From Dehalococcoidia bacterium (lineage in GTDB: Bacteria; Chloroflexota; Dehalococcoidia; UBA2979): 64,000 nucleotides of DNA. Positions 1-9,497 of the stretch are shown piece by piece. Made by a program: the position numbers and the translations under genes. Below the pieces are notes generated by a model. It was given only the letters and a program-made list of their open reading frames with translations. It was not told the origin of the DNA and made no database searches. Position 1 is the stretch's first letter. The number at the start of each line of letters is the position of its first letter. The stretch spans positions 2,688,001 to 2,752,000 of the forward strand of contig OZ253555.1 in NCBI GenBank assembly GCA_965262725.1, read 5' to 3'.

Positions 1-837
1 GCCGACGCCGGCGGCGCCATTCTGGTACTCCCCTACGACCACGGGCTTGAGCATGGACCGGTCGACTTCCTGGAGCACGAGTGGGGCTCCCGCACGGCGT
101 CCATCTTCGAGCTGTCGAGTCGAACCGCCATCGCGGCGGTCGCGGCCCATCTCGGGCTGGTCGGTCGCTACTACCGGGGGACCGAGCCGAACGTCGGCCT
201 CATCGTCAAGCTGAACGGGAAGACAAGCATCCCGGAGGCATCGGCGCCGCTCTCGCCGCTCACCGGATCCGTCGAGGAGGCCGTCCGCGCGGGCGCCGAC
301 GCCATCGGCTACACGCTGTATGTCGGCTCCGCCGCCCAGGAGCAGGATCTCCGCCAGCTCGCAGACGTCCGGCGCGACTGCGAGCGTCTCGGGATGCCGC
401 TCGTCGTGTGGTCCTATCCCCGCGGCCGGTTCGTCGACGCGGCCGGTGGGCGAGATTCGCTGTACGCCGTCGACTACGCGGCGAGAGTCGCCCTGGAGAT
501 GGGCGCGGACGTCATCAAGATCAACCTCCCGCGGAGACACGATCCCGAGCTCGGCACGCCCCCGTCCCCCTACCTCGAGCTCGAGGCGGACCGCTCGCTC
601 ATGGCGCGGCGGGTCGTCGAGTCGTGTGGCGAGGCCGCCGCGATCTTCTCCGGCGGCTCCCATCGCGACGACGAGCGGTTCCTCGACGACGTGCGGCTCG
701 CGTTCGCCGCGGGAGCCTCGGGCATGATCGCCGGGCGCAACGTCTTCCAGCGCCCGATGGAGGAGGCTGAACAGCTTATCGCGGCGGTGAGCCGCATCGC
801 CCGGGAGGCCGGACCCGGGCGCGACGGGCATCCATAG
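1..837 (+). CDS. Class I (DhnA/archaeal-type) fructose-bisphosphate aldolase family, 5' end cut by window edge
   Basis: Frame is open from base 1: LPYDHGLEHGP, IVKLNGKT, YTLYVGS, WSYPRG, Schiff-base Lys in GADVIKIN, GRNVFQR. Confidence 0.85.
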   Translation, partial: ADAGGAILVLPYDHGLEHGPVDFLEHEWGSRTASIFELSSRTAIAAVAAHLGLVGRYYRGTEPNVGLIVKLNGKTSIPEASAPLSPLTGSVEEAVRAGADAIGYTLYVGSAAQEQDLRQLADVRRDCERLGMPLVVWSYPRGRFVDAAGGRDSLYAVDYAARVALEMGADVIKINLPRRHDPELGTPPSPYLELEADRSLMARRVVESCGEAAAIFSGGSHRDDERFLDDVRLAFAAGASGMIAGRNVFQRPMEEAEQLIAAVSRIAREAGPGRDGHP

Positions 838-1008
838 GTCGGTCGACCTCTCGCTGCCTCGTCACGCGGGCCCGATGTCGGTCAGGCGGGGTCCGCCTCC
901 CGTGACAGGGGAGGTTCGCCAGTCTCGCGGGGCGAGTCCTGGGCAAGGGAGTCGGCGACCGCGAGCCCGCCGGGAGACCGTGCGAGGGGCGCCCTGCGAC
1001 GCCGATGA

Positions 1009-1875
1009 CTAGCGGGTGGCGGCGAGTGTCGTCGACGCCGCATCGGCCGGCCAGCCGAGGTACTCGCAGGCGGTGCCGCCGAGGATCAACTCGAGGTCGG
1101 CGGGCGTCACAAAGTCGAGCGCCTCGCTCCACAGCCGCAGCTCCTCGGCGTAGGATGCACGTCCGCGGCGAAGCGTCTGCGTGTGGTCGGTCGCCCACAT
1201 CATCCGGTCCGGCCCGAACAGCTCGTACGCCGCCCGCGCCACCTCGTGCACCTCGGGAAACGGGTAGCCCCGCGTCGAGCGCGCGGGGAGCGTCGAGAGT
1301 TTCACCACCACCCCGGGGTAGCGCGCGAGCCGGCGCATCGGCTCCAGATCCTCGAGGCGGAACCCCGCGTCGATCTGCGGCAGTCCCAGGTGATCGAGGA
1401 GGAGACGAAGCGCGGGGTGGCGCACCAGCAGCCCCTCGACGTACTCGGCCTCGCCTGCGGCGAAGACGGCGACGGGCACCTCGTGGCGCTCGCATGCCGC
1501 CCAGAAGGGCTCCGCCGCCTCGTCCGGGCCCCAGCGCGCGCGCTGGCGCAGGTTCACGTGCGTGCGGATGCCCAGCATCCCCGGCTGCCTGAGCCAGTCT
1601 CCGACGCGCTCCGCCGACCCCGGCGCGCCCGGTAGCAGCAGCCCCATCACTGCGAAGCGATCCGGATAGCGCTCCGCGCACTCAAGCGCGTAGTCGTTGT
1701 GGGGATCCATGAATCCGGGCGGGACGATCACCACCCGGTCGACGCCGGCCTCCTCCATCAGGGGGATCATCTGCTCCGGGCCGAACGGCTGGGAGAGGTT
1801 GGGATCGCTGATGCCGTTGTAGGGGCGGTCGGGGCGCGCCTCCTCCCAGAAGTGGACCTGAGTGTCGACGATCAC
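1009..1875 (-). CDS. Amidohydrolase_2 family protein (LigI/fuconolactonase-like)
   Basis: VDTQVHFW, LLLDHLG, VVKLS, FGPDRMMWATD; GTG start overlaps the upstream TGA (GTGA). Confidence 0.8.
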   Translation of the reverse strand: MIVDTQVHFWEEARPDRPYNGISDPNLSQPFGPEQMIPLMEEAGVDRVVIVPPGFMDPHNDYALECAERYPDRFAVMGLLLPGAPGSAERVGDWLRQPGMLGIRTHVNLRQRARWGPDEAAEPFWAACERHEVPVAVFAAGEAEYVEGLLVRHPALRLLLDHLGLPQIDAGFRLEDLEPMRRLARYPGVVVKLSTLPARSTRGYPFPEVHEVARAAYELFGPDRMMWATDHTQTLRRGRASYAEELRLWSEALDFVTPADLELILGGTACEYLGWPADAASTTLAATR

Positions 1876-2726
1876 GGCCCCGCCCCCGCGGGTGAGTGCC
1901 GCTCGGGCGTGCGCTCGAGCCACCGCAACAGCGCGCCCGCGAACGCCGCCGGCTGCTCCAGCGGCGGCGCATTCGCGCAGTCCGGCACGACCTCGTGCGT
2001 TGACTCCGCGATGCCGCGAAGGAACGTCTCGACAGGCTCCTCGCGCGTGCTGTGCTCGCCGGTGAGGAGCAGCGTCGGCACCACGATCCGGGGGAGCCTT
2101 TCGATCAGCTCGTAGTGGATCAGCGCGTGGTACGCCTCCCGCTGATGCGCGCCGGAGCGCAGCGAGTCGACGTAGAGCACAAACGCCTGCTCCGTGGTCA
2201 GCCGGCCCCCGAAGCCCCGGGAGATCTGCCGCCACCGAGCCGCCAGCGCCTCGCCATCCGCGTCGACCTCCCAGCGGCCTCCGATGTAGCCGCGCGCCTG
2301 CCGCTCCGGCGTGTTGAAGCGGCCCGGCTCACAGAGCACGAGGCGCGAGACCCGCTCGGGGAAGTGGATCGCGGCCGCCGCGGCGATGATCGACCCGGTC
2401 GAGAGCCCGACGATCGTCGCCCGCGAGATCCCGAGCCCGTCGAGAAGCCAGGTCACGGACTCCGCATAGTCCTCCATGCGGGGGGAGGCGCCGAGAGAGT
2501 CCGAATCCCCGTAGCCCATCGTGTCCATCGCCACCGCGCGGTAGCCGGCCTCCGCGACGTGGGGAAGCAGCTCCCCGTAGACGCGCGAGGAGCCCGGCGT
2601 CATGTGCAGGCAGAGGACGGGAGCGCCCGATCCTTCCTCCGCCGCGGCCTGCGCCCGGAGCGCCTCGCGGTAATGGATCTGCCCCGCGGCCGTCGACACG
2701 AAACCCCGCATCGCCGCGATCGACAC
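1872..2726 (-). CDS. Alpha/beta hydrolase fold protein
   Basis: VLCLHMTP, DTMGYGDS, GLSTG elbow, PTLLLTGE; the expected His position reads ANAPPLEQP. Confidence 0.8.
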   Translation of the reverse strand: MSIAAMRGFVSTAAGQIHYREALRAQAAAEEGSGAPVLCLHMTPGSSRVYGELLPHVAEAGYRAVAMDTMGYGDSDSLGASPRMEDYAESVTWLLDGLGISRATIVGLSTGSIIAAAAAIHFPERVSRLVLCEPGRFNTPERQARGYIGGRWEVDADGEALAARWRQISRGFGGRLTTEQAFVLYVDSLRSGAHQREAYHALIHYELIERLPRIVVPTLLLTGEHSTREEPVETFLRGIAESTHEVVPDCANAPPLEQPAAFAGALLRWLERTPERHSPAGAGP

Positions 2727-2833
2727 GCGGATCTCCCTTCACGCCGTGCCGCGTCGGCCAGCCTCCGCGGCGCGCGCTATCATGCCGCACCTGGGACCGC
2801 CGCGCCTGCGGCGGCGCAAGCGAAGGGAATCCG

Positions 2834-3241
2834 ATGTTCACCGGCATCCGCGGCGTCTTCATACGGGTCGCAGACCTCGAGGAGGCGACGGAGCGCTACC
2901 TCAGGCTCTTCGGCGGGAAGCTCACGCAGCGGCACGCCTTCGAGGATCTCGGCTTCGACACGTCGGTCATCACCTACGACAACGGCACATACATCGAGCT
3001 CATCTCGCCGCTCGATGAGGAGGGGCCGGTTGCGCGCGCGCTCCGGTCGCGCGGCGAAGGGCTGCACCAGATCTCCTTCGACAACGAGGATCCCCGGGCA
3101 TGCCTGGAGCACCTGCGCGACAGCGAGGTGAGGCTCGTGAACGATCCGGGCCGAGGCAAGCCGGTCACGCAGCAGATCTTCGTGCACCCACGCGACGTCA
3201 ACGGCGTCCTGGTGCAGGTCGCCAACACGCCGTTCGACTAG
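2834..3241 (+). CDS. VOC/glyoxalase family protein, methylmalonyl-CoA epimerase-like
   Basis: YIELISP, RGEGLHQISF, FVHPRDVNGVLVQ; RBS AAGGGA. Confidence 0.8.
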   Translation: MFTGIRGVFIRVADLEEATERYLRLFGGKLTQRHAFEDLGFDTSVITYDNGTYIELISPLDEEGPVARALRSRGEGLHQISFDNEDPRACLEHLRDSEVRLVNDPGRGKPVTQQIFVHPRDVNGVLVQVANTPFD

Positions 3242-3262
3242 CGCAGCCGCCGGGAGTCGCCC

Positions 3263-4168
3263 ATGACCGATAGCGCCATCCGGCGTCGCCTGATCGAGAG
3301 CCCGGACGGCTATATCGAGAGCCGCGAGCTCGGTCCGAGGGTGCGCACCCCCGGGCCCGAGCCCGAGCCGCTCCTGCTCGTTCACTCCACGCCGGGGGCG
3401 GCGCAGAGCTTCGACTCGCTGCTTCCGCTCCTCGCGGGGGAGCGGCGCGTGGTCGCGCTCTCGACGCCCGGCTACGGCGCATCGGACCGGCCAGCCGAGC
3501 CCTACACCACGCTCGGCCAGTACGCGCGCGCGCTCGTGTGGGGGCTCGACGGTCTCGGCATCCGGCAGGTCTCCCTCTTCGGAGCGCAGACCGGATCCCT
3601 GCTCGCGGCCGAGTTTGCCGCCGCCTATCCGGAGCGCACGGTACGCCTCGCCATCGAGGAGCCCTTCCACTGGGGAACGCCCGAGCGGCGGGAGGCTCTG
3701 CTGCGCACGCACAGCTACGAACCCGCGCAGCCCGACGGGTCTCACCTGCTCGCGCTCTGGCGACGCACGTGGCGCCACCACGAGCGGCAGCGCGCGCAGA
3801 GGCGCCGCAACGGGAGCGCCCTTGCCGAGCAGGACCTCGAACCCGTCGCGGAGAGCATCCTGCAAACGCTCCGCGTCAATTCGGCAGCGGGGGCCGAGGT
3901 CTACGGGAGTGCGGGCTGGCTCGGCGCCGCTCCCTACGCGATGGGGAACTACGACACGTGGACACGCGTCGCCGCGATCCGGGCGCCGACCCTGGTGATC
4001 CACGGGACGATGAGCCAGCTCGGCCGCGCGCACGAGCGATTCGTTGAGGTCATCCCCAACGCGCGCGGACTCCGCCTCCCGTCGGACGGCAACTTCCTCC
4101 CCAACCAGGCGCCGGAGCTCTTCGCGTCGGAGCTTCTCGCGTTTCTCGACGAGGAGCGGAAGGGCTAG
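3263..4168 (+). CDS. Alpha/beta hydrolase fold protein with non-canonical elbow
   Basis: LLLVHSTP, STPGYGASDRP, GAQTGS, APTLVIHG. Confidence 0.75.
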   Translation: MTDSAIRRRLIESPDGYIESRELGPRVRTPGPEPEPLLLVHSTPGAAQSFDSLLPLLAGERRVVALSTPGYGASDRPAEPYTTLGQYARALVWGLDGLGIRQVSLFGAQTGSLLAAEFAAAYPERTVRLAIEEPFHWGTPERREALLRTHSYEPAQPDGSHLLALWRRTWRHHERQRAQRRRNGSALAEQDLEPVAESILQTLRVNSAAGAEVYGSAGWLGAAPYAMGNYDTWTRVAAIRAPTLVIHGTMSQLGRAHERFVEVIPNARGLRLPSDGNFLPNQAPELFASELLAFLDEERKG

Positions 4169-4486
4169 GCTCCTCCCGTCTCAGGTTCGCCTACGAGATC
4201 GAGCACGCCGTCCGCCTCCCGGGCTCGATTGCGACGGGATGCGGAGAGAGAGGTGAGGGTCCCGGCACGCTCAAGCTCGGCGATGCCAAGACGGCCTCGC
4301 CCTCTACGCCCGCAGCCGCCCAGCCAAGCCAATCCAGCCATGCGCTGCCGGCCGCGGCGACCAGGCCGTGGGGGCGTCTCCCCCGTGGGCCTGGGCAATG
4401 CCGCTGTCCGCAGCCACCCCTGCCCTGCCTCTGTGCTACGGTCCGGCCGCGCCCGGAGGCGCGCTGTGGCGGCGAGGGTAGTTGAG

Positions 4487-5341
4487 ATGACGACAACCGG
4501 CATTCAGGTGCGGCGAGGCTTCGTACTCGGCGCCGACGGGCACATCGAGTACCGAGAGGCGGGACCCCAGCGGGAGAGTGGCAGGCCGCCCCTGCTCCTG
4601 TTGCACGCACTCCCGCAGTCATCCCGTATGTATCTCCCGCACATGGAGCGGCTCTCGCGCGAGCGCCGCGTCGTCGCCTGGACGATGCCGGCGTGCGGGG
4701 ATTCCGACCGTCCGACCACGCCCTACACCACGCTGGACGAGTTCGCGCGGGCCGCGGTGTGGCTACTCGACGGTCTCGGCATCGACCGCACCGACCTCTT
4801 CGCGACGCACACCGGGTCGGCGGTCGCGATCGCGCTCGCCGCGAACCACCCCGAGCGGCTCGGCTCGATCGTCGTGCAGGAGGCCTACAGCTACGGCGCA
4901 ACCGAGAACGGCCCCGCTCGGCTGCACCGCGCGCACCACTACTTCCCTCTCCGCGCCGACGGCGGGCACCTGCTCGAGATCTGGCGCCGCCACGGCGGCG
5001 AGAACCCCGGCGCCAACCTCTATCGCGTCATGGAGACGATGGTCGAACAGCTGAAGATCAATTCCGACGAAGGCGTGCAGGAGCTCTACGGGGACACCGG
5101 CTGGGAGGGCTCGGCGCCGTACGGCATGCTGCGCTACGACTACTGGGCCGCGCTCCCGCGCATCCGGGCGCGCACGCTCATGCTGCACGGCTCGGGCTCG
5201 CCGCTCGGGGAACAGCACGAGCGGTTCGTCGAGGGGATCCCCAACGCCGTCGGGATGCGCCCCGACAGCCCAGGCCTCCTCAACATCAACGACGACCCGG
5301 AGCGCTTCGCCCGCATCGTCCTCGACTTCCTCGACGGCTAG
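4487..5341 (+). CDS. Alpha/beta hydrolase fold protein with non-canonical elbow
   Basis: LLLLHALP, MPACGDSDRP, ATHTGS, RTLMLHG; visibly paralogous to 3263-4168. Confidence 0.75.
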   Translation: MTTTGIQVRRGFVLGADGHIEYREAGPQRESGRPPLLLLHALPQSSRMYLPHMERLSRERRVVAWTMPACGDSDRPTTPYTTLDEFARAAVWLLDGLGIDRTDLFATHTGSAVAIALAANHPERLGSIVVQEAYSYGATENGPARLHRAHHYFPLRADGGHLLEIWRRHGGENPGANLYRVMETMVEQLKINSDEGVQELYGDTGWEGSAPYGMLRYDYWAALPRIRARTLMLHGSGSPLGEQHERFVEGIPNAVGMRPDSPGLLNINDDPERFARIVLDFLDG

Positions 5342-5409
5342 AGGCGCAGGGCACCGCCGGAGGCAGTCCCGCGAGCGGTGCGGGCGTCCGTCGCCCCACC
5401 CCGCCGGGT

Positions 5410-6213
5410 CTACCGCCCGTGGAAGACCGGCGTGCGGCGCTCCCGGATGGCGGTTCGTCCCTCGATGGTGTCCTCCGTCTGGCCGCTGATGCCGACGTTC
5501 GCCGCCTCGTAGACGAGGTGCTCGCGGAGCGGTGTGTTCTGCGCGTGGTACACCGTGCGCCGGGTGAGCGAGAGCGCGATCGGTGCACCGTCCGCGACAC
5601 GCTGGGCGAGGGTCCGCGTCGCCTCCTCGAACTGGTCGTCCGGGGCCACGTGGTTGACGACGCCCCACTCCAGCGCCTGCGGGCCCGACAGCTCCTGCCC
5701 CGTGTAGAACCACTCGAGTGTCCGGGCCGTACCGATCAGCCGCGTTGCCGTCCAGCTCAGGCCCAGCTCCGGGGAGATCCCTCGCATGGTGAAGATGGGG
5801 ATCAGGCGCGCGGACTCCGCGGCGATGCGCAGATCCTGCGCCATCGCCAGGCCCAGGCCGCCGCCGGCGGCCACGCCGTTGATGGCCCCGATGCTCGGCT
5901 TGTCGAGCTCATGCCAGGCCAGCGTCACGCGACCGGAGTAGCCGATCTCATCGGTCGGTCCTCGATGGAACGGATTGTCGGCGACGGCGCCACGGTCCTC
6001 GCTGGTATCGACGCCGGAGCAGAACCCGCGACCGGTCCCCGTGAGCACCACGCAGCGGACGCTCGGATCGTCGCGTAGCTCCGCCGGCGCCCGCAGCAGC
6101 TCGAGCCCCATCGTCGGGTTGAACGCGTTGAGCTTCTCCGGACGGTTCATCCGCACCATAGCGACACCGTCCTCCACCTCGATCACGAGGTGCTGGTAGT
6201 CGTCGTAGGCCAT
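5410..6213 (-). CDS. Enoyl-CoA hydratase/isomerase (crotonase) family
   Basis: NRPEKLNA, GRGFCSGVD, AINGVAAGGG, RGISPELG; RBS AAGGAG. Confidence 0.9.
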   Translation of the reverse strand: MAYDDYQHLVIEVEDGVAMVRMNRPEKLNAFNPTMGLELLRAPAELRDDPSVRCVVLTGTGRGFCSGVDTSEDRGAVADNPFHRGPTDEIGYSGRVTLAWHELDKPSIGAINGVAAGGGLGLAMAQDLRIAAESARLIPIFTMRGISPELGLSWTATRLIGTARTLEWFYTGQELSGPQALEWGVVNHVAPDDQFEEATRTLAQRVADGAPIALSLTRRTVYHAQNTPLREHLVYEAANVGISGQTEDTIEGRTAIRERRTPVFHGR

Positions 6214-6254
6214 TTCGCACTCCTTTCGATTCGCTCCCGCGCATGGCTGTTCCG

Positions 6255-6788
6255 CTACGGCATCTGCGCCGCGGTCACCAGACCGGGGAAGTCACGATAA
6301 ATCACCGGATGCCGTCGGCCGGTGAAGCCCTCGGCGCGCAGGTACTGGGGTGTGGTACGAATCACGGACGGCGTGTATGTGTCGCCTGCGTGCCCGCGCG
6401 GGCGCCCGGTCGCGGCCGCGCGCCGCTCGTAGAACGCCTCGACCTCGGCCGGGTCCTCGACCAGCCGGGCGATGCCCTGCACGTAGACCGAGGCGGGATC
6501 GTTGCCACGCTCCCGCGCCTCGAGTCCCGAGAACAGGTACGCGACGATCGGGTTACGGCGCACCTGGCGCGTCTTGAGGTGCACGTTCTGCGTCACCGTC
6601 TGAATCGTCCAACCCTCGACAAAGGCTGAGACCGGGCGCATCAGCGGCCGGCCGTCGCGCCGGATGGTGAGCAGGTAGGTGGCAACGCGGTCCCAGTCAG
6701 AGATGAAGGCGCGGATCTCCTCGCGGTGGCTTTCCGCCTCCTCCGCTGAGACTTCGCGCTCCGCCTCGTACGCTTGGCTCGTCGCCAT
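6255..6788 (-). CDS. Pyridoxamine 5'-phosphate oxidase-like (FMN/F420 split barrel) protein
   Basis: LLTIRRDGRP, KTRQVRRNPIV, VYVQGIARLV; alternative GTG start at 6809. Confidence 0.7.
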   Translation of the reverse strand: MATSQAYEAEREVSAEEAESHREEIRAFISDWDRVATYLLTIRRDGRPLMRPVSAFVEGWTIQTVTQNVHLKTRQVRRNPIVAYLFSGLEARERGNDPASVYVQGIARLVEDPAEVEAFYERRAAATGRPRGHAGDTYTPSVIRTTPQYLRAEGFTGRRHPVIYRDFPGLVTAAQMP

Positions 6789-6829
6789 CCGCCCCTCCGT
6801 CCGCTGCACGCGCGCAGCATAGCGGGTGA

Positions 6830-7648
6830 CTACAGGCCGCGGGCATCCCCCGGCCGAGAGCGCGGGGACGCGTCCCGCGGCGGCTCGCGCACCGGTCCGT
6901 GCAGGGCGGGTTCCAGGCCGTGCTCACGCAAGAGCTCGCCGTCGCCGAGGACCACGTCGGGGGGCCCGTCGCCGACGACGCGGCCGGCGGCGAGCACGAC
7001 GACCCTCGTGGCGAGGTCGCGCGCCATCGCCAGGTCGTGCGTGGCGACGACCTGCGTCTGGGGAAGCTCTCGCAGCAGCGCGATGAGATCGTGGCGCGCG
7101 GCGGGAGCGAGCGAAGACGTCGGCTCGTCGAGCACGAGAATATCGGGCCGCATCGAGAGCACGGTCGCAATCGCGATACGCTTCTTCTCGCCGAGACTCA
7201 GGCGGTGCGGCGCCCGATTGTCGTAGCCCCTCATCCCGACCGCCGCGAGGGCCGCGCGCGCGCGCTCCAGCACCTCCTCCGGGCCGAGGCCCTGGTACAG
7301 CGGACCGTAGGCAACGTCGTCGAGCACGGTGGGCGAGAAGAGCTGGTCGTCCGGGTTGGAGAAGAGCAGGCCCACCCGCGCCCGGACCGCGCGCAGCGTG
7401 TCGTCAGTCAGCCGCTCCCCGAGGACCTCGATCGTTCCCCCGCCGCGCAGGAGCCCGTTGAGCAGGCGCGTGAGCGTGGACTTGCCGGAGCCGTTCGGGC
7501 CGAGCACACAGACGAGCTCGCCGGCCTCGATGTCGATATCGACGCCGCTGAGCCCGAGCGTCCCGTCCGGGTAACGGTAGGAGACGCCGCGGAGCCGCAG
7601 CGCCGTCGGCGCGCCCGTCCCCGGCAGCGGGGACCCGCCGTCGTTCAC
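6830..7648 (-). CDS. cbiO: ECF transporter ATPase (CbiO/NikO)
   Basis: GPNGSGKST, NPDDQLF, LSLGEKKR, LVLDEP, ATHD; GTGA overlap with cbiQ. Confidence 0.9.
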   Translation of the reverse strand: MNDGGSPLPGTGAPTALRLRGVSYRYPDGTLGLSGVDIDIEAGELVCVLGPNGSGKSTLTRLLNGLLRGGGTIEVLGERLTDDTLRAVRARVGLLFSNPDDQLFSPTVLDDVAYGPLYQGLGPEEVLERARAALAAVGMRGYDNRAPHRLSLGEKKRIAIATVLSMRPDILVLDEPTSSLAPAARHDLIALLRELPQTQVVATHDLAMARDLATRVVVLAAGRVVGDGPPDVVLGDGELLREHGLEPALHGPVREPPRDASPRSRPGDARGL

Positions 7649-8433
7649 AACCGCACCGCCACCTGCACGCAGCAACCGTAGAGCACGATCGCCGCGGCCA
7701 CCGCGGCCGAGCGAATGTCGAAACCAGGCGGGGCGAGGCGGCGCGGATCCCCGTCGTAGCCGCGCGCGAGCATCGCGGCGTGGACGCGCTCGCTGCGCTC
7801 GACGGAGCGCACAAAGAGCGTGCCGACGAGGTGTCCGGCCACGCGCGCCCGCCAGCGCAGGTCGCCGCCCGACCGGCGTCCGTCGACGGCCGTGCTGCGG
7901 CTCGCGCGTGCGAGCAGCATCCGGGACGCCTCGTCGACGACCACGAAGAGGTAGCGATACGCGAACTCCATCGACACCACGAGCAGCCGCGGGAGGCGCA
8001 GCCAGCGGAGCGCTCCGAGGATCGCCGGCAGCTCCGTCGTGGCGAGCAGCACAGCCGCGACCACGACCGAGAGCGACGACTTCCCGAGGATGGTCGCGAC
8101 CGCGGTCACGCCGGCATCGCTCACCACCCAGCCAAGGAGCGGGAGCTGGGCGAGCGGCTCGCCCGGCCGCGTGAAGAGGAGAGGCAGCGCGACGAGCAGG
8201 AACGGGAGGGCAATCAACGCCCGCCTGAGAACGAGCAACGGCGGCAGCCTCGCCGCCGCGATCACCATCGCCACCGGCAGAACCAGGAGACCGAGCGCCG
8301 CGAAGTCGCCCTCGCGGGTGAGTGTGATGACGAGGACGTAGGCGAGGGCGCAGGGGAGCTTCACCCGCGCGTGGGCGCGGTGGACGGGGCTGTCGCCTGC
8401 GTGGAAGCGCTCGAGAAGCGCGGTGACCTCCAC
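7645..8433 (-). CDS. cbiQ: ECF transporter T component (CbiQ/NikQ)
   Basis: SPVHRAHARVK, YRYLFV, ARASR, AMLARGYDG. Confidence 0.9.
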   Translation of the reverse strand: MEVTALLERFHAGDSPVHRAHARVKLPCALAYVLVITLTREGDFAALGLLVLPVAMVIAAARLPPLLVLRRALIALPFLLVALPLLFTRPGEPLAQLPLLGWVVSDAGVTAVATILGKSSLSVVVAAVLLATTELPAILGALRWLRLPRLLVVSMEFAYRYLFVVVDEASRMLLARASRSTAVDGRRSGGDLRWRARVAGHLVGTLFVRSVERSERVHAAMLARGYDGDPRRLAPPGFDIRSAAVAAAIVLYGCCVQVAVRL

Positions 8434-8445
8434 CGGCCCGCCGCC

Positions 8446-8781
8446 CTACCGCGGTCCGGGCGAGGCCGCCCCGTCGCGGCCGCCGCCACGGGCCGAGCGG
8501 GCGCGCAGCACCCGGGCGGCCAGAAGCACGACGGCCGTGACGGCGACCACGCCAATCGCGCCGGCGAGGATCGTCGACGCGGTCTCGTCCTCGACGCCCG
8601 GAACCAGATAGGCGGCGAGCAGCTCGACGGGGGCATCCGCAGCGTGCTCGGCGAATCCCTCGTCCGCGGCGACCCGCTCGAGGCCGTCGGGATCGCCGGA
8701 TGCGCGGGGAGCCAGCACGACGACCACGATGAGCGCGGCCGCAAGCCCGCCGACGAGGAGCGCGACATTGCCGCGCGCCAC
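8446..8781 (-). CDS. PDGLE-domain small membrane component (NikN-like)
   Basis: Two TM helices flanking ASGDPDGLERVA. Confidence 0.85.
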   Translation of the reverse strand: MARGNVALLVGGLAAALIVVVVLAPRASGDPDGLERVAADEGFAEHAADAPVELLAAYLVPGVEDETASTILAGAIGVVAVTAVVLLAARVLRARSARGGGRDGAASPGPR

Positions 8782-8783
8782 CC

Positions 8784-9482
8784 TCACGCCTCCGCCCGCG
8801 CCCACCGCGCGAGGAGATCGGGGCGCCAGGCGCGGACGAGGCCGAGCGCGCCGAGCGTGATCAGACCCTCGCCGACCCCGATCAGGACGTGCACGCCCGC
8901 CATTGCCGGGAGCACCACCGCCAGCGGCGAGGTGCCGGAGGTCGCGAGCTCGAGCGCCGTCGCGACCGCAGCCGCCTCGACGGACAGCCAGGCGGCGGCG
9001 AACGCCGCCACTGCCGACGCGGCCGGGTGGCGGGCGCTCAGCGCGTGCAGCGCCCGGTACACGCCCCAGCCGACGAGGACGGTGATGACGCCCATGTTGA
9101 GGGTGTTCACCCCGGCGGCCGCGAGCCCGCCGTCCTGGAAGAGCAGCGCCTGCAGCGCGACGACGGCAGTCATCACGATGATCGCCGCCCATGGACCGAG
9201 CAGGATCGCGGCGAGGGCCCCGCCCAGCAGATGGCCCGAGGTGCCCCCGGCCACGGGGAAGTTGACCATCTGGCCGGCGAAGATGAACGCCGCCATCACC
9301 CCCATCAGCGGCGCCGCGCGCTCGTCCAGGTTGCGATCCGCGCGGCGGGCGGCCACGACGACCAGGGCCGCGGCCACGGCCCAGCCGACGGCCGCTACCG
9401 GCAGGCTGACGAAGCCGTCGGGGATGTGCAGCGGAGGAGCGGGGGCGGCTCCCAGGGCCGTGAGGGGACCGACGGCCGCCAC
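8784..9482 (-). CDS. cbiM: Co/Ni ECF S component (CbiM/NikM)
   Basis: HIPDGF, AFIFAGQMVNFP, GTSGHLLGG, QDGGL; GGAGG before the GTG. Confidence 0.9.
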   Translation of the reverse strand: MAAVGPLTALGAAPAPPLHIPDGFVSLPVAAVGWAVAAALVVVAARRADRNLDERAAPLMGVMAAFIFAGQMVNFPVAGGTSGHLLGGALAAILLGPWAAIIVMTAVVALQALLFQDGGLAAAGVNTLNMGVITVLVGWGVYRALHALSARHPAASAVAAFAAAWLSVEAAAVATALELATSGTSPLAVVLPAMAGVHVLIGVGEGLITLGALGLVRAWRPDLLARWARAEA

Positions 9483-9497
9483 CCGAGCCTCCCGGCC

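Noticed and set aside
838-1008. Convergent gap with hairpin CCTCCC..GGGAGG and 9-12 nt matches to the 4169-4486 gap
   Set aside because: Matches this short are plausible by chance at this GC; no RNA family recognised, so not called as a feature
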